Positions 15,192-25,081 are shown, counted from the stretch's first letter. The stretch: 64,000 bases of DNA from Candidatus Danuiimicrobium aquiferis (GCA_001804285.1 MHFR01000042.1:14725-78724), one strand, 5' to 3'. A program made the numbers and translations. Notes: a model not told the origin generated them from the sequence alone.

Positions 15192-15920
15192 ATGAACATT
15201 ACCTTATCCAACAAAACCATCCTCATCACCGGCGGAACGGGTGCGCTTGGGCGGGCTTTTGTGGAAAGTGCCTGCAAGGAAGGTGCTCAAGTTTTTTTTA
15301 CCTATTTTCGCCACTCGGAAGAAGCTAAACGTTTGGAAACCTTGGGCGCAAAAGGATTTCATGTTGATTTGGCTCAACGGTCTGAAATCGATCGTTTGGT
15401 AAGGGATCTCAGCGCTTGTACGATGGAATTAGACGCGGTGATTCACAATGCCGCGATTGTGCGCGACAAGACGCTCGCAAATCTTTCAACGGAAGACTGG
15501 GATGAGGTGTTGGCTGTCAATTTAGATGCCGTATATTATTTGACAAAGCAATTGTTGCCGATAATCACGAGAAAGCCGGGCGCTAAAATTTTGAATATTG
15601 TCAGCCGAGTCGGTTTGCGCGGTAATTTTGGGCAAGTGAATTATGCGGCGGCCAAAGGTGGATTGATTGCATTAACGAAAACGCTTGCGAAAGAGTTAGG
15701 ACGAAAAGGGATTTTGGTGAACGGATTGAATCCCGGTTTTATGAAATCGGAATTGACGAAAGGTCTTCCTGAGGATGTGATTGAGCGGAATGTGAAGGAA
15801 AGTCCGCTTCGGACAATTTCTGATCCCAAAGAAGTCAGCGATTTTTTAATTTATTTGTTATCGGATCATGTTCAACATGTTACCGGCCAGATTTTTCATT
15901 ATGATTCAAGGAGTGTTTGA
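15192..15920 (+). CDS. fabG: 3-oxoacyl-ACP reductase-like SDR
   Basis: TGGTGALG, NAAIVRD, GNFGQVNYAAAKGG, PGFMKS. Confidence 0.8.
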   Translation: MNITLSNKTILITGGTGALGRAFVESACKEGAQVFFTYFRHSEEAKRLETLGAKGFHVDLAQRSEIDRLVRDLSACTMELDAVIHNAAIVRDKTLANLSTEDWDEVLAVNLDAVYYLTKQLLPIITRKPGAKILNIVSRVGLRGNFGQVNYAAAKGGLIALTKTLAKELGRKGILVNGLNPGFMKSELTKGLPEDVIERNVKESPLRTISDPKEVSDFLIYLLSDHVQHVTGQIFHYDSRSV

Positions 15921-15946
15921 AAAAAACAAGAGGGAGAAAGTAAAAA

Positions 15947-16297
15947 ATGGGAACAAAGAGAAACAAACAGTGTTTAAAGATGATGGTTGCATTGATCATA
16001 TTTTTTGTGTTGCATCAGGGCTGGACATGCGCAGCGGCCGGTGAAAAAGATAATGATTTAAGTAAAAAGGTTGATCAGCAAGTGTTCAATATGGCGTGTC
16101 CGATTATAAAAGGAATTACTCTGAACGATGTAGATCGCATTATTCAAGAGTTTCGGCAATCGAAAATATATATATGGGTAAAAGAAAAATATTCCGGTAT
16201 CGATCAAAAAATCGACGAGTATAAGAAAGGTATCATTGAGTTGAAGGCGAAGTGCGAACAAAAAACCGGAAGCGAGAAGAACACTAACTCTGGGTAA
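15947..16297 (+). CDS. Hypothetical exported protein
   Basis: 116 aa with an N-terminal hydrophobic signal; GGGAG RBS. Confidence 0.6.
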   Translation: MGTKRNKQCLKMMVALIIFFVLHQGWTCAAAGEKDNDLSKKVDQQVFNMACPIIKGITLNDVDRIIQEFRQSKIYIWVKEKYSGIDQKIDEYKKGIIELKAKCEQKTGSEKNTNSG

Positions 16298-16328
16298 TTA
16301 TTTAGAGATTTGAAGTTATTAATAAATT

Positions 16329-16374
16329 CCCTCACCCTAACCCTCTCCCTCGGGGAGAGGGCAGGGGTGAGGGG
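16329..16374. repeat. CCCTCACCC...GGGTGAGGG REP-like hairpin
   Basis: ccctcaccctaaccctctccctcggggagagggcaggggtgagggg; relatives at 22981-23138 and 26834-26882. Confidence 0.75.
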
Positions 16375-16406
16375 TGATCCGGGCGAATAAATCAAAAAGG
16401 GAATCC

Positions 16407-17618
16407 ATGAATAAAGTTGTTATTACCGGCATTGGAGTGGTTTCGCCGATCGGGAACAATGCGGATGAATTTACAAGATCCCTGAAACAGGGAATCGTGG
16501 GCCGCCGGAGCCTTCATGAAGCCAATCCGGAGCGGTTCAAAGAGTTTGATGCGGATGAAATAGCGTTTCCTCTCTCCGGTTTTAAGCCGCCTCCTTACGC
16601 GAAAATTCTCGATCCGAATATTCAATATTCCATGGCTGCAACGGAAGAAGCGCTTTCAGATAGCCGGCTTGATTTATCATGGGTGGATCATGAACGGATC
16701 GGAATTGCGGTCAGCTCAAGCAAGGGCGGGATGTACACGTTTGAACATTATAATGAACGGATGCAGAATAGGCCGAGCGCTTTGGTGGCGGCACGCGTTT
16801 ATGCAAATTTACTTCCGAATATTGCGACGCAATGGATTGCGCGGCATTGGGAACTCCGCGGACCGGCAAAAGTGGCGGTGGCGGCTTGCGCAACGGGTTT
16901 ATTTGCAATCATCGAAGGAATTCGGATGATTGAACAGGGAGAGGCCGATTGCTGTATTGCGGGTGCGGGAGATGCCTCGCTAACGAGACTGATGCTTGCC
17001 GGTTACCGGCAAATGGGAGTTTTGTCAAAAAATAAAATGATCCGGCCGTATGATCTGCGGCGTGACGGGTTTCTGATCGGAGAAGGGGCGGGCATTTTAA
17101 TTCTGGAAAGCGAGGTGTATGCGAAAGCACGGAAAGCCAATTGTTATGGGAAAGTGCGCGCGCATGTTTATGGGTTTGAACCGTCTCATCCGATTTCATT
17201 TGATGAGCGGAGTAACGGCCTTGAACGATGTTTGCAGGAACTTTTGAAGCGGGGAGGGATTAAGCCGCGCGAAATTGATTATTTAAATTTACATGGTACC
17301 GGGACGCAAAGCGGCGACCGTTACGAAACGGCGCAAATCAAAAAAGCCTTTGGACAGGATGCGTATCAGATTCCGGCAAGCTCAACAAAATCGATGACGG
17401 GACACATGGTCGGCGCTTCGGGCGCCGTGGAAGTGATTACTTCTTTGATTGCGATGCGGGACGGGTTTATTCCGCCGACAGCAAATTTGGAAATACCGGA
17501 TCCGGTTTGCGATCTTGATTGCACGCCGCTTCGTTCCAAGGATAAGAAAATCAATTTGGCATGCTCGATTTCACTCGGTTTCGGCGGTCAACTGGCGGCA
17601 ATATTGCTTGAGAAGTAA
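16407..17618 (+). CDS. fabF: Beta-ketoacyl-ACP synthase II-like
   Basis: VVITGIGVVSPIG, catalytic ACATG, HGTGT, KSMTGHMVGA, SLGFGG. Confidence 0.85.
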   Translation: MNKVVITGIGVVSPIGNNADEFTRSLKQGIVGRRSLHEANPERFKEFDADEIAFPLSGFKPPPYAKILDPNIQYSMAATEEALSDSRLDLSWVDHERIGIAVSSSKGGMYTFEHYNERMQNRPSALVAARVYANLLPNIATQWIARHWELRGPAKVAVAACATGLFAIIEGIRMIEQGEADCCIAGAGDASLTRLMLAGYRQMGVLSKNKMIRPYDLRRDGFLIGEGAGILILESEVYAKARKANCYGKVRAHVYGFEPSHPISFDERSNGLERCLQELLKRGGIKPREIDYLNLHGTGTQSGDRYETAQIKKAFGQDAYQIPASSTKSMTGHMVGASGAVEVITSLIAMRDGFIPPTANLEIPDPVCDLDCTPLRSKDKKINLACSISLGFGGQLAAILLEK

Positions 17619-17622
17619 ACGC

Positions 17623-17700
17623 TTGTCTCATTAACTCCTCGGCGCTCGGACAACGTCCGCCAAGGGCGGCCGAACTCGCGGCGAGGAGTTAATGAGACAA
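17623..17700. repeat. Perfect 19-bp inverted repeat enclosing a CTCGGACA...CCGAACTCGCGG core
   Basis: ttgtctcattaactcctcg / cgaggagttaatgagacaa; the core is shared with elements at 21985 and 22165. Confidence 0.75.
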
Positions 17701-17722
17701 CTGGTTTACATCTACTCATAAT

Positions 17723-17880
17723 TGTCATTCCCGCGGAAGCGGGAATCCAGACGCCGCTTTGGGCTCCCCGGACTTGTCCGGGGGGGAATGGCGCCCGAAG
17801 GGCGAGCCGAGCAGGGAACGAAAAAATTCCCAGCGAGGCCAGATGTTGGAAGGTGCCCCGGGCTTGCCCGGGGGGAAACC
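17723..17880. repeat. REP half-element plus GC-rich hairpins upstream of bioF
   Basis: tgtcattcccgcggaagcgggaatccag followed by two ccccgg...ccgggg hairpins. Confidence 0.55.
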
Positions 17881-17903
17881 ACATTTATAGTTAAGGAGCG
17901 ATT

Positions 17904-19043
17904 GTGAAATTTGATTGGATTCGTAAAGAGCTTGAAAGCCTTTCGGACAAGAGCCTCTACCGCAAACCGCGGCTTCATGAAAACATTCAGGGAACACACG
18001 CCACCGTTGACGGGCGCGAGGTGATTTTATTTTCCGGAAATAATTATTTAAATTTGAGTCAGCATCCGAAAGTCATAGAAGCGGCGAAGTGCGTGCTTGA
18101 GACGCACGGTGTCGGTGCCCGGAGCGCCCGGCTTATTTCGGGAACAACGGATTGGCATGTTCGTCTCGAAGAGCGGATGGCGAAATTTCTAGGCAAAGAA
18201 CGTGCGCTCGTATTTTCCGCGGGCTATCTGACCAATGTCGGAACGATTCCCGCGCTTGCGGGCGAAGAAGACCTCATTATTATGGACAAGCTGAATCACG
18301 CGTCTCTTATTGATGCCGCAAAATTAAGCAGCGCGGCGATTCGAGTGTATCCGCATTTGAATATGGATTATTTGGAAAAACTTTTGAAAGGCGCCAAGGC
18401 CCGACGGATTTGGATTGTGACTGATTCCGTATTTAGCATGGACGGAGACCTTGCACTTCTTCCCGAACTTATCCGCCTGAAAAATCAATATGGCGCATAC
18501 TTGGTTGTCGACGAGGCGCATGGCGTTGGCGTGTTCGGGAAAAACGGTTGCGGTGTCTGTGAGTATTTCGGTATTTCGGATGAGGTGGATGTTTTAATGG
18601 GAACACTTTCCAAGGCGATCGGCGGACTCGGAGGATTTGTCGCGGGGAAAACGGAATTGATTGAATATTTAATCAATCATGCGCGGACTTTTCTTTTTGC
18701 GACGGCTTTGCCGCCTTCGATTTGCGCGGCTTGCGTTCAAGCGATCGATTTGATTGAAAGCGAACCTGTTCTTCGTCAAACATTATGGCGAAACGTTGAT
18801 TTGCTGATGAGCGGCTTAAAGAAAGCGCATGCCCCGATTTTAGAAACCCGGTCTCCGATCATTCCTGTTATTTTTGGTGACGAGAAAAAAACGCTCGATG
18901 CCAGCAAATATCTTTTTGACCACGGATTTTTTGTGCCTGCCATCCGTTACCCGACGGTTGCCAAAGGCAAAGCCCGGCTCCGCATTACCCTTTCAAGTGC
19001 GCATACCGAAGTCGAAATACAGGCGCTGGTTGCTTCGTTCTAA
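17904..19043 (+). CDS. bioF: 8-amino-7-oxononanoate synthase
   Basis: FSGNNYLNL, DKLNHASLID, VFSMDGD, VDEAHG, GTLSKA (PLP lysine); AAGGAG RBS and GTG start. Confidence 0.93.
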   Translation: MKFDWIRKELESLSDKSLYRKPRLHENIQGTHATVDGREVILFSGNNYLNLSQHPKVIEAAKCVLETHGVGARSARLISGTTDWHVRLEERMAKFLGKERALVFSAGYLTNVGTIPALAGEEDLIIMDKLNHASLIDAAKLSSAAIRVYPHLNMDYLEKLLKGAKARRIWIVTDSVFSMDGDLALLPELIRLKNQYGAYLVVDEAHGVGVFGKNGCGVCEYFGISDEVDVLMGTLSKAIGGLGGFVAGKTELIEYLINHARTFLFATALPPSICAACVQAIDLIESEPVLRQTLWRNVDLLMSGLKKAHAPILETRSPIIPVIFGDEKKTLDASKYLFDHGFFVPAIRYPTVAKGKARLRITLSSAHTEVEIQALVASF

Positions 19044-19133
19044 TTTTTTTAAGCGGAAGGGGGGTGAGAATTTTTGCCTGTCCCTTTTTATTTTTGCTAA
19101 AATCGAGTCCATGAAAGTAAAGGCGTTCAACCG

Positions 19134-20597
19134 ATGACACAAAATCATTCTTCATTTAGAGATCTTGTTAATTTCGTCGTCCGGAATGGCGAAATGAGAA
19201 ATCGATTATTATTCACGGCGGGCATCCTCATCCTTTTTAAGCTGGCGTCTTTCATTCCGCTTCCGGGCATTGATATTGTTAGCGCTCGGGAATTTGCGGA
19301 AAGTTCGTTTATGCAATTGTCCAAGTTTGAATATTTATCTAAAGTATCCGTGTTGATGTTGGGAACGGCTCCGTTTCTTTCCGCGTGTTTATTAATCCAA
19401 TTTGCGACGGCCGTCATTCGTCCATTAAGAGCCGCGTCTTTTGGCGGTGAGGTGGGAAGAGAATTGATCACGCGATTGACGATTTTGATTGCCTTAATCT
19501 TGAGTTTGATTCAGGGCTTATTGATCGGTCAATTGCTCGAACAGCCCAATTCCTTCGGCGGCGGTGTTTTAGTTCCGAGTCCCGGTTGGGGATTCCGGCT
19601 GATGTGTATGCTCACTATGACGGCTGCAACGGTGTTGATTTATTTCGCTGCGCAAGCAATTCATCGGTATGGAATCGGAAACGGATTTGCGCTGATGACC
19701 GTTTTGTATGTTCCGTTCGAATTTATTTTTGCCGTTCGAAAAACAATCGCTGAAATTCAAATAAAAATGGTTTCAATCGAAGGGTTTATTATTTCCGGTA
19801 TCTTGGGGATTCTTTTTTTTGTGGCGCTTCTTTTAATGTCAAAGGTAAAAGAAAGGATTCCGTTAGTCAAGAACGGAAGCGACGCCGGAGAAATCGGCGT
19901 AAGGCTGACGATGGCCGGCAAGATGCCTTTTGTTTTGGCTGGAGTGATGATGATGCTTCCGAGCGTTTTGAGTATTTATAGAAATATTCCAATGTTAGAT
20001 CAGGCCTACAGTGTCATCACGAAAAATGGTTATGCCGAGAAAGGACTGTACGTCCTCTTTATATTTATTTTTACGCGCTTTTATTTCCTTCTTGTCTTTG
20101 ATACAAAATATGTTTGTTCGCTGATCCATCGGTATGGTTATCAAATCAAAACTGCAGGGGGCCATGAATCCGAGACGAAATTTTTATCCGTACGGTTAAA
20201 GAAAATGCAAACCGGAGCGGGGCTGTTTTTAACATTCGTTTTTCTTTTTCCGGTTTTTGCGATCTCTCTTGCGAAGCCTGAAAATTCTCTCATTTTATTT
20301 ATCCGCGATATTGGTCTTCTTTTACTGATCGGTGTTGCGCTTGATTTTCTGGCGCAGATTAAATTTTTAAAATTGAAATACGATTCCGGAGTCGGGAAAT
20401 GGGCCGTTGCCTATACGGCTTTCGACGAAATCGAAGCGGATGTGAAGCGTATATTTTTGAACGGGAATGAAATTCCGGCACTTATCGAACCGCTTCGATT
20501 TTCCTGGGGGCTTCCCATCCGGACGATGGTGGACGAGTACCGGTTGTATGTGCCGGGGGAGAAGGTTGAGGAGGCGCGGAGAGTGCTTGAAAGATAA
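19134..20597 (+). CDS. SecY paralog with a C-terminal DUF2007-like soluble domain
   Basis: RLLFTAGIL...FIPLPGID, SVLMLGTAPFLSA, GIGNG, AGKMPFVLA are SecY-like. The tail AYTAFDEIEA...YRLYVPGEKVEEARRVL resembles DUF2007. Confidence 0.75.
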   Translation: MTQNHSSFRDLVNFVVRNGEMRNRLLFTAGILILFKLASFIPLPGIDIVSAREFAESSFMQLSKFEYLSKVSVLMLGTAPFLSACLLIQFATAVIRPLRAASFGGEVGRELITRLTILIALILSLIQGLLIGQLLEQPNSFGGGVLVPSPGWGFRLMCMLTMTAATVLIYFAAQAIHRYGIGNGFALMTVLYVPFEFIFAVRKTIAEIQIKMVSIEGFIISGILGILFFVALLLMSKVKERIPLVKNGSDAGEIGVRLTMAGKMPFVLAGVMMMLPSVLSIYRNIPMLDQAYSVITKNGYAEKGLYVLFIFIFTRFYFLLVFDTKYVCSLIHRYGYQIKTAGGHESETKFLSVRLKKMQTGAGLFLTFVFLFPVFAISLAKPENSLILFIRDIGLLLLIGVALDFLAQIKFLKLKYDSGVGKWAVAYTAFDEIEADVKRIFLNGNEIPALIEPLRFSWGLPIRTMVDEYRLYVPGEKVEEARRVLER

Positions 20598-20607
20598 GAA
20601 AAAAATT

Positions 20608-20694
20608 CAATGACCAAGCACGCAATAACCAAAGAAATTTCAAAATTTCAAATCCCAATTGGGTATTATTCGTTTGGGATTTTATTGGTCATTG
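20608..20694. repeat. AATGACCAA-type palindromic repeat
   Basis: caatgaccaa...ttggtcattg; inverted relative of 15030-15155. Confidence 0.7.
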
Positions 20695-20743
20695 GAGTTT
20701 TATATATAATATAATTTCGACGACTAATAAAATACCAAACCCT

Positions 20744-21979
20744 ATGAACAAAATACTCATTATCGGCGGCGGACCGGCAGGGATGATGGCGGCGATTCGT
20801 GCCGCGGAATTGAAACAAGATGTGACGATCGTCGAAAAAAATAATTCGCTTGGCCGCAAATTGTTACTCACCGGAAACGGCAGATGCAATCTCACCAACG
20901 CTTGCGATCTCAATTCCTTTCTTGAATCCTGCTCAAACAACGATTTTTTGAGAGGCGCGTTTAAACATTTTTTCAACCGGGAATTGATGGCGTTTTTCGA
21001 ATCACGCGGGCTTAAATTAAAAATGGAAGAAAATAACCGGGTTTTTCCCGTGACAGATCGCGCACAAAGCGTTCTTGAGATATTACAGAAAGAAACAGCA
21101 AAATATAAAATCAACGTGCTGTACGGGCTTAATATTAAAGAGCTATTGGTTAAAAATGAGAAAGTTTCCGATGTTTTTCTTTCGGACGGAAAAACATTAT
21201 TGGCAGATAAAATTATTTTAGCAACCGGCGGAGCGAGCTATCCGTCAACGGGTTCTAACGGAGAAGGGATCCGAATAGTGGGCCGTTTGGGGCATGAGAT
21301 TATTCCGCTCCGGGCCGGCCTCGCTTCTATGGAAATAAAAGAAGCGTATCCTAAAGCATTGGAAGGGCTTACTTTACAGAAAATCCGGCTCCGGTTTCAT
21401 AGTGATAAAAACGAGATATATTCACCCGTTGGAGATATTTTATTTACAAAAAATGGAATTTCAGGGCCGCTTGTTTTATCGTTAAGTGGGAAAGTTGGAG
21501 GATGGTTTGGCGGATCTCAAAAGGTTTTTATCGACATTGATTTAAAGCCGGAATCCGATCAAGCAAAAATTGATTCGGAATTTCTCGCACTTCTTCAGGC
21601 AAATCCGAAGAAGCAGATAAAGAATGTTCTTCAATTGTTGATGCCGGACCGGTTTGCGGCCGTTTTGATTGACGCTGCGAAAATTCCGGGAAATAAACTT
21701 GCCAGCCAGATCAGCCGAAAAGAACGGACAGAACTCGTTTCTTTAATCAAAGGGTTCCGGATGGAAATTTTGAAAACAGCGCCGATAGATAAAGCCATGA
21801 TTACCTGCGGCGGAGTTTCGACGAGAGAGATTAATCCGTTGACGATGGAATCGAAAATAGTTCGCGGGCTTTATTTCGCGGGAGAAATGATTGATGTGGA
21901 TGGCGACTCGGGCGGTTTTAATTTGCAGATCGCATTTTCAACCGGTTATTTAGCCGGGCAATCTGCGGCCAGCGAATGA
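20744..21979 (+). CDS. HI0933/YhiN-family flavoprotein oxidoreductase
   Basis: IIGGGPAGMMAA, GRKLLLTGNGRCNLTN, ATGGASYPSTGSNG, GGFNLQIAFSTG. Confidence 0.92.
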   Translation: MNKILIIGGGPAGMMAAIRAAELKQDVTIVEKNNSLGRKLLLTGNGRCNLTNACDLNSFLESCSNNDFLRGAFKHFFNRELMAFFESRGLKLKMEENNRVFPVTDRAQSVLEILQKETAKYKINVLYGLNIKELLVKNEKVSDVFLSDGKTLLADKIILATGGASYPSTGSNGEGIRIVGRLGHEIIPLRAGLASMEIKEAYPKALEGLTLQKIRLRFHSDKNEIYSPVGDILFTKNGISGPLVLSLSGKVGGWFGGSQKVFIDIDLKPESDQAKIDSEFLALLQANPKKQIKNVLQLLMPDRFAAVLIDAAKIPGNKLASQISRKERTELVSLIKGFRMEILKTAPIDKAMITCGGVSTREINPLTMESKIVRGLYFAGEMIDVDGDSGGFNLQIAFSTGYLAGQSAASE

Positions 21980-21984
21980 AATCA

Positions 21985-22266
21985 GCAGTTCAAGGCGGTG
22001 TTTGCCCGCTCGGACAGCGTAAAAAGCTAAGCGGGGAGACTATGCCGCTTTTTCCGAACTCGCGGAGAAACACCGCCTTGAGCTGCCGCTTATTATCCAA
22101 GCTACGGAAAATTTTGTTCGAGAAAAATAACAATGAAAGAAAAAAGGCGTAACATGGTGGTTATCCGCGAGTTCGGGAAAAGCGATTGACTTTCACTAAT
22201 TAGCTTTTTCCGCTGTCCGTCCTTGAGCCTCATTAAATTTTATTTATTGGGGAAGCTCAAGAACGG
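21985..22266. repeat. Two oppositely oriented copies of the CTCGGACA/CCGAACTCGCGG structured repeat
   Basis: 21985-22086 has 19-bp arms gcagttcaaggcggtgttt / aaacaccgccttgagctgc; 22165-22219 carries the reverse-complement core. Confidence 0.7.
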
Positions 22267-22361
22267 TACTGACTACCGAATTAATACTATCTTTGCGTTT
22301 CTTAAATGAAAGTCAGTGCCGAGCGGGAACCACCATGTTGCGCCGGTGGGTTAAGGTGTCT

Positions 22362-23789
22362 ATGAAAAAGGAAAAATTTTCCTTTCCACCCAACTTCCTT
22401 TGGGGCGCAGCCACGTCCTCGCATCAAGTCGAGGGGGACAACCGGAATAATGACTGGTGGGAGTGGGAAGAAGCGGACCGGGTGAAGGAAAAATCCGGAA
22501 AAGCCTGTGACCATTGGAACCGGTTTCGTGCGGATTTTGCGCTTGCGAAATCGCTCGGCCACAACGCGCACCGGTTTTCCATTGAATGGAGCCGGATCGA
22601 GCCGGAAGAAGGCATATTCAGCGAAGAAGCGCTTTATCATTACGGTGAAATGATTAAGACGCTCCGGATATTCGGAATCGAGCCGATGGTGACATTCTAT
22701 CACTTCACGATTCCGCTTTGGTTTGCGAAAAAAGGAGGGTGGCTTCTCGATGAATCTCCCGAAATTTTTGCGCGCTATGTGAGAAAGGTGGTTGAAACAA
22801 TCGACACGCCGGTCCGTTACTGGATTACGATGAATGAAATGATGGTGTATGTCTACAAAGGATTTATTGCCGGAGAATGGCCGCCGGGTGAGAAGTCATA
22901 CGAAAAAGCATTTCGCGTGTTGGGGAATTTGTTAAGAGGGCATGTGCTTGCCTACCAAGTCATTAAAGAGATAACCGCCACTCACCCCCTCCACACTAAT
23001 GGCGGGCAAGCTAACCCTCTCCCTCAGGGAGAGGGCAGTCCAAACTCCCACAGGCAGTCCTTGCAGCGAAGCGGAGAGGGCAGTCCAAACTCCCACAGGC
23101 AGTCCTTGCAGCGAAGCGGAGAGGGCAGGGGTGAGGGGTTGGTTGGTGTTGCGCAGTTTTCGGCCGTTTATGCGCCTTGTTCAAAATGGTCGTGGCGGCA
23201 TCGCTTATCGACATGGTTCCGGGCAAAAATGACAAATCATCTTGCAACCGAAGCGATGGTTTACGGAAAAGTGAATTATCCGGGTTTGTTTCAAATTAAA
23301 CTGCCGCGTGCCAGGACGCTTGATTTTATCGGGATTAATTATTATACGCGCTATTTCATTCACAATCGCGGATTTAACGCAGCAGGCCTTTTGGGTGATG
23401 ATTGCACGCTCGAACATCATCGCGATGTGGGCAAGCGAACCATGATGGACTGGGAAATTTATCCTCGCGGACTTTCTCAGCTGGTGAAAGAATTTTCAAA
23501 ATATAAATTGCCGATTTTGATTTCCGAAAACGGAATAGCAACCGCTGATGACAATGAACGCGCGGAATTTATTCAGAATCATTTGGGCGAACTCGCTCGC
23601 GCGATGTCCGAAGGTGCAAACGTCATCGGTTACCTTTATTGGTCCCTTCTCGACAATTTCGAGTGGGCCGACGGTTTTTTCAAACGTTTTGGCCTCATTG
23701 AAATCGATTACACCAACCAGCACCGCCGCGTCCGAAAGTCCGCGGAAAAATTTGCAGAGATTTGTGCTCACGGAGAAATTTTGATATAA
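22362..23789 (+). CDS. Glycoside hydrolase family 1 (beta-glucosidase) with an in-frame repeat insertion
   Basis: FLWGAATSSHQVEG, RFSIEWSRIEP, TMNE (acid/base), ISENG (nucleophile), WSLLDNFEW. Confidence 0.92.
   Translation: MKKEKFSFPPNFLWGAATSSHQVEGDNRNNDWWEWEEADRVKEKSGKACDHWNRFRADFALAKSLGHNAHRFSIEWSRIEPEEGIFSEEALYHYGEMIKTLRIFGIEPMVTFYHFTIPLWFAKKGGWLLDESPEIFARYVRKVVETIDTPVRYWITMNEMMVYVYKGFIAGEWPPGEKSYEKAFRVLGNLLRGHVLAYQVIKEITATHPLHTNGGQANPLPQGEGSPNSHRQSLQRSGEGSPNSHRQSLQRSGEGRGEGLVGVAQFSAVYAPCSKWSWRHRLSTWFRAKMTNHLATEAMVYGKVNYPGLFQIKLPRARTLDFIGINYYTRYFIHNRGFNAAGLLGDDCTLEHHRDVGKRTMMDWEIYPRGLSQLVKEFSKYKLPILISENGIATADDNERAEFIQNHLGELARAMSEGANVIGYLYWSLLDNFEWADGFFKRFGLIEIDYTNQHRRVRKSAEKFAEICAHGEILI
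22981..23138. repeat. REP-derived in-frame insertion with a 45-bp tandem duplication
   Basis: ctcacccc...ctaaccctctccctcagggagaggg...gggtgagggg; the 45-bp unit occurs at 23028-23072 and 23073-23117 (GEGSPNSHRQSLQRS twice). Confidence 0.85.
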
Positions 23790-23890
23790 AAATAAGTTAA
23801 ATTAGAGCTGCAAATTGAGCATGAATCTCCTCTAAACATAGTGTACAATGGCGCCTCTAAAATCAGACTGAACTCGGGAGGTATTTATTT

Positions 23891-24514
23891 ATGGCATTAG
23901 CGGTGGCAAAAGAAACAGAAAAAGATCAGCTTCGGCAGAAAACGCTGGATGTGGCGAAGCGGCATAAAGCATCATGGATTGAACTTGGCCAATATCTTTA
24001 CAGCATTCATAAGGATAAACTTTTCAAAGGGTGGGGCTATTTAACATTTGAAGGGTATTGCAAAACAGAGCTCGGAATTAAAGAAACGACCGCCGCGAAG
24101 CTTCTGAAATCATATTATTTTCTTGAAAAAGAAGAACCGCAGATTGCAAAGGGAGATTTCACCGAAGAAGACACGGCGAAAACAATTCCGAATTATGAAT
24201 CAGTCAATATTTTGAGGCTTGCCAAAGAAAATAAAAATATTGCACCGGCGGATTTTGCAGATTTGCGTTCGGCCGTTATTGATTCCGCGAAAGAACCGAA
24301 GGAAGTAAAAGCGCAATACCGGAAGTTACTTTCGGACCGGGAAGTGAAGGATCCCGTTGAAGTCCGGAAAACGCGCCGGAATGCCGCGATTAAACGGCTC
24401 ATTACGATTCTTGACAATACCAAGCATGAACTTGGCAATGAACATCTTCTCCCGGATTATTTGCTCAAGCAGATCGATGATTTGAAGAAGAAGCTGCAGG
24501 ACCAATTAGAATAA
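23891..24514 (+). CDS. Hypothetical helical protein
   Basis: 207 aa with GGAGG RBS; HKASWIELGQYL..WGYLTFEGYC pattern; function unknown. Confidence 0.75.
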   Translation: MALAVAKETEKDQLRQKTLDVAKRHKASWIELGQYLYSIHKDKLFKGWGYLTFEGYCKTELGIKETTAAKLLKSYYFLEKEEPQIAKGDFTEEDTAKTIPNYESVNILRLAKENKNIAPADFADLRSAVIDSAKEPKEVKAQYRKLLSDREVKDPVEVRKTRRNAAIKRLITILDNTKHELGNEHLLPDYLLKQIDDLKKKLQDQLE

Positions 24515-24643
24515 AAAGGCTAATGACCAAATCTGCCCGCTAAACAACATGAGGCCTGTCTGTATGGCACCGGAAACGTTTTGCTTCAAGCAATCATAGA
24601 GACAGACGTTTCCTTTTACCTTCAACTTATCGGGTGCGCTTGA

Positions 24644-25081
24644 ATGGATAGATTAAAAAGATTATTTTTATTAGGATTGCTTTTTTTTATTCTGACTGGC
24701 GCCGATTATACTGATTATGAAGAATTCAAAGTGAAGTGGATCCACAGTGTGGCACAGGAAGTGACGCTGAAAGGGGAGTCCGGCATTTATCCCGTCAAAC
24801 CGTGGACTAAGGAATGGGACACAAATGGGGACTTGAAAATTGATTCCCGCGAAATAGTTCCGATGCTGAAATTTGTCGAAGATTGGCGAGTCCACCGGTT
24901 GTGGCAGGTGGTCCACAAGATTGATGCCGAAGGGGCTGATAAAGTCCATATTACTCGGAAACGTTTTCTAAGTAAGTGGGACACAAACGGCGATTGGTAC
25001 ATTGACTCCACGGAAGTTGCTCCCGTAAGGGAAGAGTTAAACAGGGTGAACGATCAGCGTCTTCAGGACGGACACTATTAG
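24644..25081 (+). CDS. Exported protein with two EF-hand-like loops
   Basis: Signal peptide; WDTNGDLKIDSRE and WDTNGDWYIDSTE (Dx[DN]xD loops). Confidence 0.65.
   Translation: MDRLKRLFLLGLLFFILTGADYTDYEEFKVKWIHSVAQEVTLKGESGIYPVKPWTKEWDTNGDLKIDSREIVPMLKFVEDWRVHRLWQVVHKIDAEGADKVHITRKRFLSKWDTNGDWYIDSTEVAPVREELNRVNDQRLQDGHY

Noticed and set aside
17588-17999. Several overlapping short ORFs between fabF and bioF
   Set aside because: They are translations of GC-rich REP hairpins.
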